A DNA stretch of 64,000 bases from Eledone cirrhosa (Eukaryota): the NCBI GenBank assembly GCA_964016885.1, contig OZ024742.1, positions 200,260,001 through 200,324,000 on the forward strand, read 5' to 3'. Below are positions 1-12,607 of the stretch, piece by piece; within the stretch, counting starts at the first letter, position 1; each line of letters opens with the position of its first letter. A model generated the notes under the pieces. The model was not told the DNA's origin. It saw only the letters and a list, made by a program, of their open reading frames with translations, and did not search any database. The position numbers and the translations under genes are program-made.

Positions 1-600
1 ACATCATCCCTACTTACAACCATAGGCGTTGAGCTGGCTAGCCTCAGGTGTGAGCTTCGCGAGATGGAATGGCTCTTCTAGCGCCTCTCCCTTATCATCC
101 TCCGAGGAAACGACTTCTCTATTCAGTCCGCCGGGGCCGTGGGGCGGCCAACACGTGGGACCTCATTTGCTCATAATACAGAGAGATGAGGAGGGCGAGA
201 GAGATGGAGGCGATGATAGCGGGAGTTCTGCTCTTCCGTCTTCGGACTTGGTGTGCACCGTCAGTTGTCCGTAGGGAGGTAGTGGTTTGTAGTTAGCGAA
301 GGTTTTTAGAACCTTGTGTTTGCGTTTCCCGTATGTATTATCATATGTTTGGGTTCAACGTAAACCTATTACATAATTCATCACAAAAGATTCTCTTTCC
401 TTTTCTCTCTCTTTCTCAATTACAAATGTTTATAAAATACACAATATCATTACAAATGTAATCTTGCAAGCGAAACTGTTTTCCTTTATTTTATCTTATC
501 TTTTCTTTCTCTCTTTCCTCCCTTCTCCTACTCCATCCCTCACCCTATCTCTCTCTCTCTCCCTCCCTCTCTCTCTCTCTCTCTCTCTCCTGTTTTTCAG

Positions 601-756
601 ATAGCAGAAAGGATGCTGGAAAACCAACATGAATGGAAGGACCGAACCATAGAAGATGTGGAGGTTGCCAGAAAGAACATCAGACAAATTTCCGATCTTT
701 ATTCTGAAGTGATAGCAGAAATGAAGAACGAAAAGAAACTGAACGCCACTCTACAG
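601..756 (+). CDS. Coiled-coil protein gene, internal exon (IAERMLENQ...LNATLQ)
   Basis: tttttcag acceptor, 156-nt open frame, CAG|gtat donor, phase 0; helical E/K/Q-rich peptide. Confidence 0.75.
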
Positions 757-808
757 GTATATACATGATACAATACCTTTTATAGGGTGGGCTTGTATGT
801 GTGTATAT

Positions 809-843
<35 letters not shown>

Positions 844-873
844 TGAGAAGTAGCTTTGATTTTCGGCAAGTCA

Positions 874-1408
874 CTTTATTTTATCGATCCCGTAAGGATG
901 AAAAGCAAAGCTAACCTCGATGGAATTTGAACTCAGAATGTAAAGGGCCATAACTCTGTGCCGCTAAGCATGTTGTCCGACGCTCTACTGATTTTGCCAA
1001 TCCCCCGCTCTATTAATAATTGTTTCTACTTTTGGCACAAGGCCAGCAATTACCTAGTACATTACTGGTACTTTATGTTATCGACCCCGTAAGGATGAAA
1101 GGCAAAGTTAACCTCGACGGGATTTGAACTCAGAATAGCAAGGGCCGTAACTCTATGCTTCAAAGCATGGTGTTCGACGCTCTACCGATACTGCCAAGCC
1201 ACCCCGCACTATTAATAATAATTGTTTCTAACTTTGGCACAAGGCCAGCAATTATCCCAGTGTATTACTGGTACTTTATTTTATCGACCCCGTAAATATA
1301 AATGGCAAAGCTAACCTAGGCGGGATTTGAATTCAGAACGTAAAGGACCGTAACTCTATGTCACAAAACATGTTATCCGACGCTCTACCGATTCTGCTAA
1401 TCCACCGT
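874..1408 (-). mobile_element. Three tandem tRNA-derived SINEs (Meta-like central domain)
   Basis: A box tggcagtatcgg, B box gagttcaaatcc, gcctttcatccttacggggtcgataaaataaagtaccag core, tail ...agaaacaattatt. Confidence 0.85.
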
Positions 1409-1409
1409 T

Positions 1410-1605
1410 AATAGGGTCGAATGCCATACTTTGCAACATAAAGTTACAGCCCTTTATGATCTGAGTTCAAATGCCGCCGAGGTTAACTTTGCCGTTCATC
1501 CTTACGGGGTCGATAACATAAAGTACCAGTAATGTACTGGATCGATTTAATCGACTTCCCCTCCCCCAATATTGCTGGGCTTGTGCCTATATATAAGAAA
1601 CCAAT
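1410..1605 (+). mobile_element. tRNA-derived SINE, inverted relative to the preceding copies
   Basis: Same family, opposite strand. Confidence 0.8.
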
Positions 1606-1754
1606 ATTAAAAATGATTTCTGGTTTAGAGGGAGGGGAAAGTCAATTAAATCGACCCCAGTGCGTGACTGGTACTTTATTGACTCCGTAAGCATCTGTTT
1701 AACTCATTATTATTTAGTGTCTATACACACACCCACTCACACATATAGACAAAA

Positions 1755-2605
1755 CATCATCATCATCATCATCGTTTAACGCCCATCTTCCACGCTAGCA
1801 TGGGTTAGTCGGTTTTGTTCCATTTGATGCGGGAATGGTCAGGAGACCGTGTCTCGCTCGTAAAGCACTGTCTCTGGCAGGTTTTCTACGGCTGGATGTC
1901 CTACCTAACACCAACCACATTTACGGTGTGGACTGGGAGCCTTTTTACTGTGTCTCCTACACGACCACCTTACAGTGTGGACTGTTGTGTCATCAACACA
2001 GTGGACGGAACGGTAAAGGGGGGATGGGGTAGGTGTGTGGGGTGGGGTGTATATTAGGTTAAGAGGTGGCTACTGACTGTAGGTTTGTATGCAAGGGCAG
2101 GCGGGTCTTCTGTACAACTGCATGGCGCCAAAAATCTCAAATATGTATATATATAAATGTATGTATGACGCTATAGTCGCATATATGTTATGGAATACTG
2201 TTAGCTTCTCGCTACAACAATTTCTATACCTTTCATTTATATATATACCATCATCATCATCATCATCGTTTAACGTCCATCTTCCACGCGAGCATGGATT
2301 GGACGGGCTTTCCTACTTGAGGCAAGATTGGTCAGGTGACCGTGTCTCGCTCGTACAGAATTGTTTCTGGCAAGTTTTCTACAGCTGGATACGCATCACA
2401 TGTTCATACCAACGCAATCTCCTCTCTTGCACACAACATTTGATACCTCTTATGCTTAGTCTCTCTCTCAATTCATGTATGCTTTGCCGTTCGAGTATAT
2501 TACTGTTACACCTCCATCGGAGCATGCAAGCTTCGTTTCTTTCTAATCTTCTGCACACAACGCCCATGCCTCACTGCCATGTAACATTGCCGTTCGTATA
2601 CAAGC
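1755..2605 (-). mobile_element. Two short 3' fragments of the (GAT)n-tailed RTE family
   Basis: catcatcgtttaacg(t/c)ccatcttccacgc tails at ~1760 and ~2255; RRLERNEACMLRW peptide at 2379-2567. Confidence 0.75.
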
Positions 2606-2607
2606 AT

Positions 2608-2785
2608 CCAGTATCGGTAGAGGGTCGGACGCCATGCTTTGACGCATAGAGTTACGGCCCTTGCCATTCTGAGTTCAAATCCCGCCGAGGTTAACTTTGC
2701 CTTTCATCCTTACGGGGTCGATAAAATAAAGTACCAGTAATACACTGCGATAATTGCTGGCCTTGTGCCAAATGTAGAAACAATT
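2608..2785 (+). mobile_element. tRNA-derived SINE
   Basis: Near-consensus copy. Confidence 0.85.
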
Positions 2786-2884
2786 ATATATTACTTTTGG
2801 CACAAGGCCAGCAATTACCCAGTGCATCAAAGTACAAGTAATGCACTGGGTAATTGCTGGCCTTGTGCCAAAAGTAGAAACAAT

Positions 2885-2954
<70 letters not shown>

Positions 2955-2986
2955 TACGTACGTATGTATGTACGTATGTATGTATG

Positions 2987-3320
2987 CAGTGCCTTTGTTC
3001 ACTATAAAAGCTTCACGGCACAGGCATTGCTTTATATCTGGAGATCTCTCTGCACTTGTCGTCACATGGCACCATGGGCCCAGCACTATGTGTCAATATT
3101 TGTCACAAGTGTAGTGTTTGTACCAGAGTTTTCAAGTCGCTGGCTGGACTAAAAAGTCACACTCGTTCAGCACATCGGTAGGGGTTCTCCTACATGGATA
3201 TAAAGTAGTGGCCGTACTCGAAAACGAGTTGGCAGCCACCATGTATGTATGTATGTATGTATGTATGTATGTATGTATGTATGTATGTATGTATGTATGT
3301 ATGTATGTATGTATGTATGT
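2987..3320 (+). mobile_element. Internally deleted (bipartite) RTE derivative
   Basis: 5' UTR-like block (cactataaaagcttcacggcacaggcattgc) joined to a last-finger remnant CSVCTRVFKSLAGLKSHTRSAHR* (within 3101-3181), an RTE-type 3' end and (ATGT)n. Confidence 0.7.
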
Positions 3321-3414
3321 GTGTGTGTATGTATTTATGTGTGTGTGCGTGTGATGTGTGTCAAATTTAATATATAAATGGCTTCTACAAGACTATATAT
3401 TATTTTTTTTCCAG

Positions 3415-3443
3415 CAAAAAGTCCAGAGAGACAGGAAAAAGAG
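3415..3443 (+). CDS. Coiled-coil protein gene, 29-nt micro-exon (QKVQRDRKK+AG)
   Basis: ttttttttccag acceptor and AG|gttagt donor; phase 0 to 2 exactly bridges the exons at 601 and 4619. Confidence 0.65.
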
Positions 3444-3617
3444 GTTAGTGAGTTTGTTTATCTGTTTTCTTTCTTGTATTTTATGTTGGGCTGTGGGTTC
3501 CTCTTTTCTTTTGTCTTAAGGATCCCATCAACTGCAAGGTCAGGAGTGACACCGAGAAAACCAATGTAATATGTAATAGACAACGACATATATATATATA
3601 TATATATATCACATTGC

Positions 3618-3760
3618 AATAATTGTTTCTACTTTTGGCACAAGGTCAGCAATTACCTCAGTGCATTAGTGGTGCTTTATTTTATCGATCCCATAAGGAT
3701 GAAAAGCGAAGTTAACCTCGACGGGATTTGAACTCAGAACGCAAAGGGCCATGACTCTGT
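3618..3760 (-). mobile_element. 5'-truncated SINE
   Basis: Same family. Confidence 0.8.
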
Positions 3761-4618
3761 ATCCCAACCTTTCAATAATGAGCTAAACATCTTACCCTCT
3801 AAGACATGCGCATTTGCACTACAGTGTAGGAGGCCAACCAGTGATAAGAGGATTTGACTCAGAAAAGAAAGTTATGTGTCTGCTCGATTTTAGCTGAGCT
3901 AAACAACAATAAAATCAACAGCAGCTACAACAACAAAAACAATAACAACATGGAAAAGCTCTTTAGATAATGCAATCCAAGATACAATAAATATCATCAA
4001 TATCATCATAAAAAAGACCATTTCACGTCCTTTCTTTTTCATGCTTGCATGCATTGGACGTGTCTTCTTCAGCATCACCTGCCTTCGCTGCCATCACCTT
4101 TTGTGATGCTTTGTCATCTCTTCTGCCAGGTTGAACATCATGAGATCAACTCTCAGCGCTTTTGTCCTGGTCTAATTCTGTCTTCCTCAACTGCAGCTTC
4201 CTTACACTGAATTTTCCTGAGATTTGTGCACCAGCACAATCTTCTCTCTCGTGCACTGCATCTAATTTCTTTTATATCCAATTTTCATCGTTTTATTTTA
4301 CTTGACAAACATGCGACAACCTCTCTAGAGTTGATGTCACAATAAAACGCACCCAATACTCTCGGTAAAGCGGTAGTGGTGGTATCACGACCAAACCCAA
4401 CAGTAAGGGGGTTGGTGTTAGGAATGACATCCAACCTAACCATGCCAATATGGAAAGTATGAGCAAGATGACGTTGCTCCAGCCTATCTGGTCTCTGACC
4501 GTGACAACCCGTTCAACTCGTGATGATGATGATGGTGGTGGTGGTGTTGACGATGATGATGATGACGATGACGATGAAGACAATGATGATGATGATGATT
4601 TATTCTATTTAATTTCAG

Positions 4619-4709
4619 AAAGCGGTTTAAAGAGGAAATAGCTGAACTGACCCAGAGAATAGAAGAAATGAATAGGAGCCAAACACTTGGCGTGAGCAGT
4701 AAAAACGAG
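4619..4709 (+). CDS. Coiled-coil protein gene, internal exon (R-KRFKEEIAELTQRIEEM...SKNE)
   Basis: atttcag acceptor, GAG|gtaagg donor, phase 2 to 0. Confidence 0.75.
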
Positions 4710-4744
4710 GTAAGGAGGACAAGTTTAGGCTCGTCTGAGTGAAG

Positions 4745-5285
4745 ATGAACATAGCAGACGTCAACGTTTGACGAGAAATTCCAGCGTAATCTAAAATAGA
4801 TAGAACGGGAAAAGAGAATGTAGAGCAAACAGACACACTAATAAACACAAGCTGTAGTTGAACCAAACTGTGGATTGAAAGGCAGTCAAAGGAGCAGACG
4901 TTAATTTTTGTGGGGTAAGTTCAGTGTAATATGAAATAGATAGAGCAGGGGGGGGGGGGGAGAAATATAGAAGGGCAGATAACTACGGCAACAGACACAA
5001 GAATGTAGTTGAACAAAATGGTGCTTTGAAACGAAATGTAAGGAGCAGACATTATCTTTTGTAGAGAAATTCCAACATAATATGAAATAGATAGAGCGAG
5101 GAAAGGAAATATAGAAGGGCAGATAACTACGTTAACCGACATAAGATGTAGCTGAACAAAATGGTGGAAATGGTAAGAAACAGCCGTTAAGAAATTTCAA
5201 CGTAATATGAAATAGATAGAGCGAGGGAATGGAATAGAGAAGGGTAGAAAGAAGTCATGTTTTAGACACAAGATGTAGTTGACCT
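4745..5285 (+). repeat. Degenerate tandem repeat, about 4 units of 125-150 bp
   Basis: Recurring (g/a)taatatgaaatagatagagc...agatgtagttgaac. Confidence 0.7.
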
Positions 5286-5599
5286 AACATAAGTCAAAGA
5301 CCAAAACAATGATATGATATACTGACACTCCATCGCTTCCGACGACGAATACTCCGGCTATTTGATCAATGGAAGAATTTGTTCTTGAAATTTTACCCCT
5401 AAATCAGTTCACAGAACCGTGTCACGCGTCTTATTTCTTGATCCACTTTGCTTGATCCTCGTTCATGACAATAATTTTAAAGCTCATTCGTCGACCAAAT
5501 TTGAACCAAATGTTTGGCTATTTTATATGTATTGTTTTTTCCATCAGTACAAGAGAAAGGATACAAAAGTCTGCTCATAGTGCTGTTATAACAGGGGCG

Positions 5600-6406
5600 G
5601 CTGCTGTTGCTGCTGCAGTTGTTGTTATTGTTGTGGTGGTGATGGTGGTGGGAGTAGTACGTCATGGTTATGGTGGTGGTGTGTAGGACAATGGTGGTTG
5701 TCGTGGTCGTAGTGCTGGTGTTGGTGGTGATAGTAGTGATGGTGGTGGCGGTAGTGGTGTTGGTTGTTATTGTTGTCGTGGTTGTGGTAGTAGGAGTAGT
5801 GGTAGCGTTGGTCATGTTGGCGGTGGTAGTTGTGATAGTGGTGGTGGTGGTGGCGGTAGAGGTGTTGATTGTTTTTGTTGTTGTGCTGATAGTGGTGGCG
5901 TTGGTCATGTTGGCGGTGGTCGTGACGGTGATGGTGGTCGACGTGGTTGAGGTGGTGGTTGATGTGGTCGTGATGGTGGTGGTGGTGGTGGTGGTGGTGG
6001 TGGTGGTGGTGGTGGCGGTGGTGGTGGTGGTGGTGGTGGTGGTGGTGGTGGTGGTGGTGGTGGTGGTGGTGGTGGTGGTGGTGGTGGATGTTGCTGTGGT
6101 GGTGGATGTTGCTGTGGTGGTGGTAGTGACGTTCGTCATGTTGGTGATAGTGGTGACGTTGGTAGTAGTCATCGCGAATGCGGTGGTGGTTGTTGTGGTC
6201 GAGATAGTGGTGGTGGTGGTGGTGGTGGTGGTGGTGGTGGTGGACGTGATTGCGGTTGTGTTGGTAGTGTGGGTGCTGGTGCTGGCGGTTTCCGTTGTTA
6301 TTGTACGAGCGAGACGCGGTCATGAGACCAATCTTGTCTCAAATGAGGCAAACCCGTCCAACCCATGTTAGCGTGGAAGATGGCCGTTAAACGATGATGA
6401 TGATGG

Positions 6407-6452
<46 letters not shown>

Positions 6453-6680
6453 AATGACGATGATGGTGATGATCATGATGACGACGACGATGAGGAAGAC
6501 GAACGTTAAACGATGATGATGATGATGATGATGATGATAATGATAAAGATGATCATGATGATGACGATGATGATGGTGATGATGATGATGGTAATGATGA
6601 TGACGATTATGATGATGGCGCTGATGATGATAACGATGATGATGACGACGATGCTGCTGCTGCTGATGATGATGATGATG
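5600..6680 (+). repeat. (GGT)n/(GAT)n low-complexity tract with an RTE tail at ~6320-6395
   Basis: Visible trinucleotide repeats. Confidence 0.9.
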
Positions 6681-6829
6681 AAGATTGACCAACAGCATTT
6701 CGTACATGGCAGATGTGCAGATTTGCTGAACAAACTCGCTCCACTAAAGCCGCCGCTCCGCGTCTCACGACGTCACTGAACAGTGAATGACTGTAGTAAT
6801 AGTTATGCGAGATTAGCTTCTGATATGTG

Positions 6830-8546
6830 GTGGAGAAGGAGGCGGCGGGCGGCGGCGTGAGTGGGGTGGAGGGCGGGAGGGAGATTGCATGCGTTAGGGG
6901 GTTGAGAAGGAGGCGGTGGGCGGCGGCGTAAGTGAGGTGGAGGGCAGGGGGGGGGGGATTGCATGCGTTAGGGGTGGAGGAGGAGGAGGCGGAGGGCGGC
7001 GGCGTGAGTGCGGTGGGGGAGGGGGAGATTGCATGCGTTAGGGGTGGAGAAGGAGGCGGAGGGGGGCGGCGTGAGTGAGGTAGGGGCGGGGGGAGATTGC
7101 ATGCGTTAGGGGTGGAGAAGGAGGCGGAGGGGGGCGGCGTGAGTGAGGTGGAGGGCAGGGGGGGGGGGAGATTGCATGCGTTAGGGGTGGAGGAGGTGGA
7201 GGGCGGCGGCGTGAGTGAGGTGGGGGAGGGGGAGATTGCATGCGTTAGGGGTGGAGGAGGAGGCGGAGGGGGGCGGCGTGAGTGAGGTAGGGGCGGGGGG
7301 AGATTGCATGCGTTAGGGGGTTGAGAAGGAGGCGGTGGGCGGCGGCGTGAGTGAGGTGGAGGGCGGGGGGGAGATTGCATGCGTTAGGGGGTTGAGAAGG
7401 AGGCGGTGGGCGGCGGCGTGAGTGAGGTGGGGGGCGGGGGGGAGATTGCATGCGTTAGGGGGTTGAGAAGGAGGCGGTGGGCGGCGGCGTGAGTGAGGTG
7501 GAGGGCGGGGGGGAGATTGCATGCGTTAGGGGGTTGAGAAGGAGGCGGTGGGCGGCGGCGTGAGTGAGGTGGGGGGCGGGGGGGAGATTGCATGCGTTAG
7601 GGGGTTGAGAAGGAGGCGGTGGGCGGCGGCGTGAGTGAGGTGGGGGGCGGGGGGGAGATTGCATGCGTTAGGGGGTTGAGAAGGAGGCGGTGGGCGGCGG
7701 CGTGAGTGAGGTGGGGGGCGGGGGGGAGATTGCATGCGTTAGGGGGTTGAGAAGGAGGCGGTGGGCGGCGGCGTGAGTGAGGTGGAGGGCGGGGGGGAGA
7801 TTGCATGCGTTAGGGGGTTGAGAAGGAGGCGGTGGGCGGCGGCGTGAGTGAGGTGGGGGGCGGGGGGGAGATTGCATGCGTTAGGGGGTTGAGAAGGAGG
7901 CGGTGGGCGGCGGCGTGAGTGGGGTGGAGGGCGGGGGGGAGATTGCATGCGTTAGGGGGTGGAGAAGGAGGCGGAGGGCGGCGGCGTGAGTGAGGTGGAG
8001 GGCGGGGGGGAGATTGCATGCGTTAGGGGGTGGAGAAGGAGGCGGAGGGCGGCGGCGTGAGTGAGGTGGAGGGCGGGGGGGAGATTGCATGCGTTAGGGG
8101 GTGGAGAAGGAGGCGGAGGGCGGCGGCGTGAGTGAGGTGGAGGGCGGGGGGGAGATTGCATGCGTTAGGGGGTGGAGAAGGAGGCGGAGGGCGGCGGCGT
8201 GAGTGAGGTGGGGGGCGGGGGGGAGATTGCATGCGTTAGGGGGTTGAGGAGGAGGAGGCGGAGGGCGGCGTGAGTGAGGTAGGGGAGGGGGAGATTGCAT
8301 GCGTTAGGGGTGGAGAAGGAGGCGGAGGGCGGCGGCGTGTGTGCGGGGGGGGGGGATTGCATGCGTTAGGGGTGGAGAAGAAGGCGGAGGGGGGGGGGGG
8401 AGATTGCATGCGTTAGGGGTGGAGAAGGAGCGGGGGGCGGCGGCGTGAGTGCGGTGGGGGAGGGGGAGATTGCATGCGTTAGGGGTGGAGAAGGAGCGGG
8501 GGGCGGCGGCGTGAGTGCGGTGGGGGAGGGGGAGATTGCATGCGTT
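6830..8546 (+). repeat. G-rich ~71-bp minisatellite, about 24 copies
   Basis: Unit gagattgcatgcgttagggggttgagaaggaggcggtgggcggcggcgtgagtgaggtggagggcgggggg; ORF track periodicity of 71. Confidence 0.97.
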
Positions 8547-9056
8547 AATAATAATTCATAATAACAACTTCCATTAAACCAAATAGTAATGATGATGGTG
8601 GTGGAGGAGGTGGTGGTGATGGTGATGGTGGTGAAGATGATAGCCATGATGATGGTGGTGATGGTAGGTTGTGATGGTGGAGATAATGGTGATGTTAATG
8701 ATGATGAAGGCGGTGTTGCTTGTGATGATGATGATGATGATGATGGTGATGATGATGGTGGTGCTGGTGACAGTGGTGGTGGTGGGAGATATTGACAATG
8801 AGGATGATGGTGATGGCGAAGATGATGAAGGTGGTGATGATTGCGATGGTGATGACGATGATGGTGATGATGATGACGACAATGGTGGTGGTGATGGTGG
8901 TGAGGATAATGATGATGATGATGATGATAAAGGCGGTGACAATGATTGTGAATAATAGAAGACATGGAATGGTATGAAGAAAATTCGGTATACAGCACCA
9001 ATGGGAGGTAGAGAAAGTCACGAAGTTGGAATTTTATAGAAAAGAAATGGAGGTGG

Positions 9057-9111
9057 ATATATATATATATATATATATATATGTTTATTATATATATATA
9101 TGTTTATTAAT

Positions 9112-9180
<69 letters not shown>

Positions 9181-9184
9181 TATT

Positions 9185-9236
<52 letters not shown>

Positions 9237-9286
9237 ATAAACATATATATATAATAAACATATATATATATATATATATATATAAT

Positions 9287-9335
<49 letters not shown>

Positions 9336-9700
9336 TATTATATATATATATGTTTATTATTATATATATCTTTATTATTATATATATATATATATGTTTA
9401 TTATATATATATATGTTTATTATTATATATATATGTTTATTATTATATATATATATATTTATATATACATACATATATATATATATTATTTATATATATA
9501 TATATATATATATATTATTCATACATATATATATATATATATTATTTATATATATATATTATTTATATATATATATATTATTTATACATATATATATATT
9601 ATTTATACATATATATATATTATTTATACATATATATATATTGTTTATATATATATTTATATATATTTATTTATATATATATATACATATATATATAAAT
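9057..9700. repeat. (TA)n-derived microsatellite complex
   Basis: Direct observation; similar tracts at 21380-21915 and many shorter sites. Confidence 0.95.
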
Positions 9701-10156
9701 ATGTGTGTGTATGTGTATGTGTGTGTGTGTATAAACACAAACACGTGCGGACACACAAACACATTAATACACACACAGCATTTCTAGTTATTGGTAAATT
9801 CATCAATATTAGAAAAATAAATTCTTTATTATTTCTTCAAAACTTATTTAAACATTATTTCTGTTTTAGAAATATTTTTTATTTTATTTACATTTTATTT
9901 ATATTTATATATTTAATTTATATAAATTTGTTATGTCTAATTTATTACAAACTTTAATATTAATGACTTAACTGTAACTTGGTTAATTAAACTTTTCTGT
10001 TGTCGTTGTTTATTGGGAACTGTTATATTGTTTGTTGTTGGTTGTCTTGGGCATGTGAGGATTTCGTAATGTTTGTCGTCGTCATTGTTGTCTATTTAAT
10101 TATTCTTTTTAATAAAATATCATTTTATTATTATATCCAGCAATATATCCTTTACA

Positions 10157-10845
10157 ATAAAGTACCAGTAATGCACTGGATAATTGCTGGCCTTGTGCCT
10201 AAAGTAGAAACAATTATTATATCTGGCGTCAGACACCATGCTTTGCAGCATAGAGTTACGGCCGTTTATGATCTAAGTTCAAATCCCGCCGAGGTTATCT
10301 TTGCCTTTCATCCTTACGGTGTCGATAAAATAAAGTACCAGTAATGTACTGGGTAATTGCTGGCCTTGCGCCAAAAAGTAGAAACAATTATTATATCTGG
10401 CAGTAAGGATGGTAAATTGGCGTCGGATAATATGTTTTGCGGCGTGTAGTTACATCCCTTTACGTTCTGTGTTCAAATCACGCCGAGGTTAGTTCATCCT
10501 TACATTTTCGTTAAAATAAAGTACCAGTAATACACTGGTATCTATTTAATCGACATTTCACTTCCCATCAAAATTGCTGTAAAATGTAGAAACAAATATT
10601 ATATTATATTATTTTTGCTGGCCTTGTGCCAAAAGTAGAAAGAATTATTAACAGTGCGGTGGATTGGCAGTATCTGTAGAGAGTCGGACGCCATGCTTTG
10701 CAGCATAGAGTTACAGTCCTTTATCGTCTGAGTTCAAATCCCGCCGAGGTTAACTTTGCCTTTCATCCTTACGGGGTCGATAAAATAAAGTACCAGTAAT
10801 GTACTGGGTAATTGCTGGCCTTGTGCCAAAAAGTAGAAACAATTA
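10157..10845 (+). mobile_element. Cluster of about 3 SINE copies and fragments
   Basis: Full copy at 10657-10845, partial copies upstream. Confidence 0.85.
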
Positions 10846-11184
10846 TTTTATATTATAACATAAACTTCTCATCCAATCATTGGTGTTCGTCAGGCTCAGT
10901 CATAAGAAATATGCCATCGATTTACTTGGTATAGATTGTGTTGTTATGTTTGTGAGATTTATACATTTAGAGGACGCAAGTGTGAGTTCAAGTGATGACC
11001 CTATAGCGACTTCGTCATCCAGGGTGTAGCGATTCTCTTGTGGACAGTGGAGAAGAACCCCACGTCTGTTGACTAACATGACTGTTTGGGGGGTGTCTCT
11101 TGGTGTAATAGGTGGTTTTATTATACAGTGTGTGTACACATTGTCCAATCATAAGGTCGTGGGTTATCAATATAAATATATATA

Positions 11185-11215
<31 letters not shown>

Positions 11216-11399
11216 CCATGTAATTCAGTACAGCTTGCTTCATGGACGAGTGGTCGGCGATTAAATCAGTTCCCTTGCCAGGTTTGGATGGAATACCTGT
11301 CGAGCTGATCCGCCTTGGGTAATAAAATGTCGTTATGGCCATTCATGTGCCAGTTTATTTGTATGGAGTATTGAGCCCTGTAAGTTTGGGTAGATGCAA

Positions 11400-12015
11400 T
11401 TTTCCTGTCGATTTACTAGGGCAAGGGATCCAAATCTGAATGCAGTGATAATCCTTGTATAAGTCTACTCGGAGCGGTAGAAAAAGTCTTATCCAAAGTC
11501 CTATTGAATTTTCTAATAAAATGGATCTGCGCTGCTGCCATCCCTGAGACCCAATGTGGTTCAGAGTTGGGAAGGGTATTATGGATATGATTTTTTCAGC
11601 CCGCCAGCTTATGGAGAAGTGTGTTGATCAAAGAGTGCCTCTGTGGACCTTATGAAAACATTCGATACTGTTAATCGCAGTGCATTGTGGGTCATATTGG
11701 AGAAAACCGTGATGCAGAAATACATCACAGGATTGCGAAAACGGGTCTTACATTCGGAAAGCTTGATAAGCGAGTTCGGTCAAATTGGGGTATCACGACA
11801 AACACACAGCTTTCGTGTATGAAGCCTGTTTTTTACAACCCTATTATACGGATGTGAAACGTAAACAAGTCACAGGCATCACATCAGGCAGCTAGAAATA
11901 TTTCATCAGCATTGTATCCGACGCATCATGAATATCAAGTGATCCTCTTACACACCTGATGCTGCTAGTATAGAGAAGAGGATTGTTATAAATCAGATGC
12001 ATGGCTCAGGTCATG
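11400..12015 (+). pseudogene. Degenerate RTE RT fragment
   Basis: Remnants PETQCG, DMIFSARQLMEKC, DLMKTFDTVNR, LLYGCET with frameshifts. Confidence 0.75.
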
Positions 12016-12055
12016 CGCAAATTTAATTTTATCCCAAATTTTATTTCTATTGCAG

Positions 12056-12165
12056 TTGAAAGAAGAGCTGCAACGCCAAGATGACTTGATACAACAATAT
12101 CGTTCTGAAAACATGGAACTAACCAAGAAACTACTGAAAGAAAAACAAATCAAACAAAAAGCCAT
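12056..12165 (+). CDS. Coiled-coil protein gene, internal exon ([36 protein letters not shown])
   Basis: tttctattgcag acceptor, AT|gtaaga donor, phase 0 to 2. Confidence 0.8.
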
Positions 12166-12196
12166 GTAAGAAACCCTTCTCTCTCACACTCTTTCC

Positions 12197-12284
<88 letters not shown>

Positions 12285-12547
12285 CTCTCTCTTTCACTCT
12301 ATCCCTCTCTTTCTCTTTATATATATATACATATATATATATATATCCAAAATTTAAATTAAATTAAGGGTGTCATGTCAGATACAATATAGACACAAAC
12401 ACATATATATAGTCTAGTGAAAAGCGAAAACCAACCAAACAGTGAGTGTGTTCTGTTATTAATTCTGGCAATATTACACAAATATGACCCTCCCCAAGTA
12501 TAACAATATTTGTTTCGACACACGATTTCATGTAAAAAAACTCGCAA

Positions 12548-12602
<55 letters not shown>

Positions 12603-12607
<5 letters not shown>

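Noticed and set aside
1-274. GC-richer ORF-like segment
   Set aside because: No recognisable motif; stops in the minus frame; probably a TE fragment cut by the window edge
5548-5580. Possible alternative terminal exon (YKRKDTKVCS*) of the coiled-coil gene
   Set aside because: Acceptor is plausible but there is no other support; the flanking exons already join in phase
6830-8546. CRISPR-like or telomeric array
   Set aside because: No unique spacers; TTAGGG occurs once per unit, not tandemly; eukaryotic context
5465-9957. Long ORFs (poly-T/H/V, Pro-rich, YI repeats)
   Set aside because: Translations of microsatellites and the 71-bp minisatellite; 71 is not a multiple of 3
10657-10745. tRNA genes
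   Set aside because: A/B boxes are SINE heads followed by SINE body and tail; no full cloverleaf
10860-11400. Minus-strand ORFs of 73-82 aa
   Set aside because: Likely decayed retroelement but no diagnostic motif
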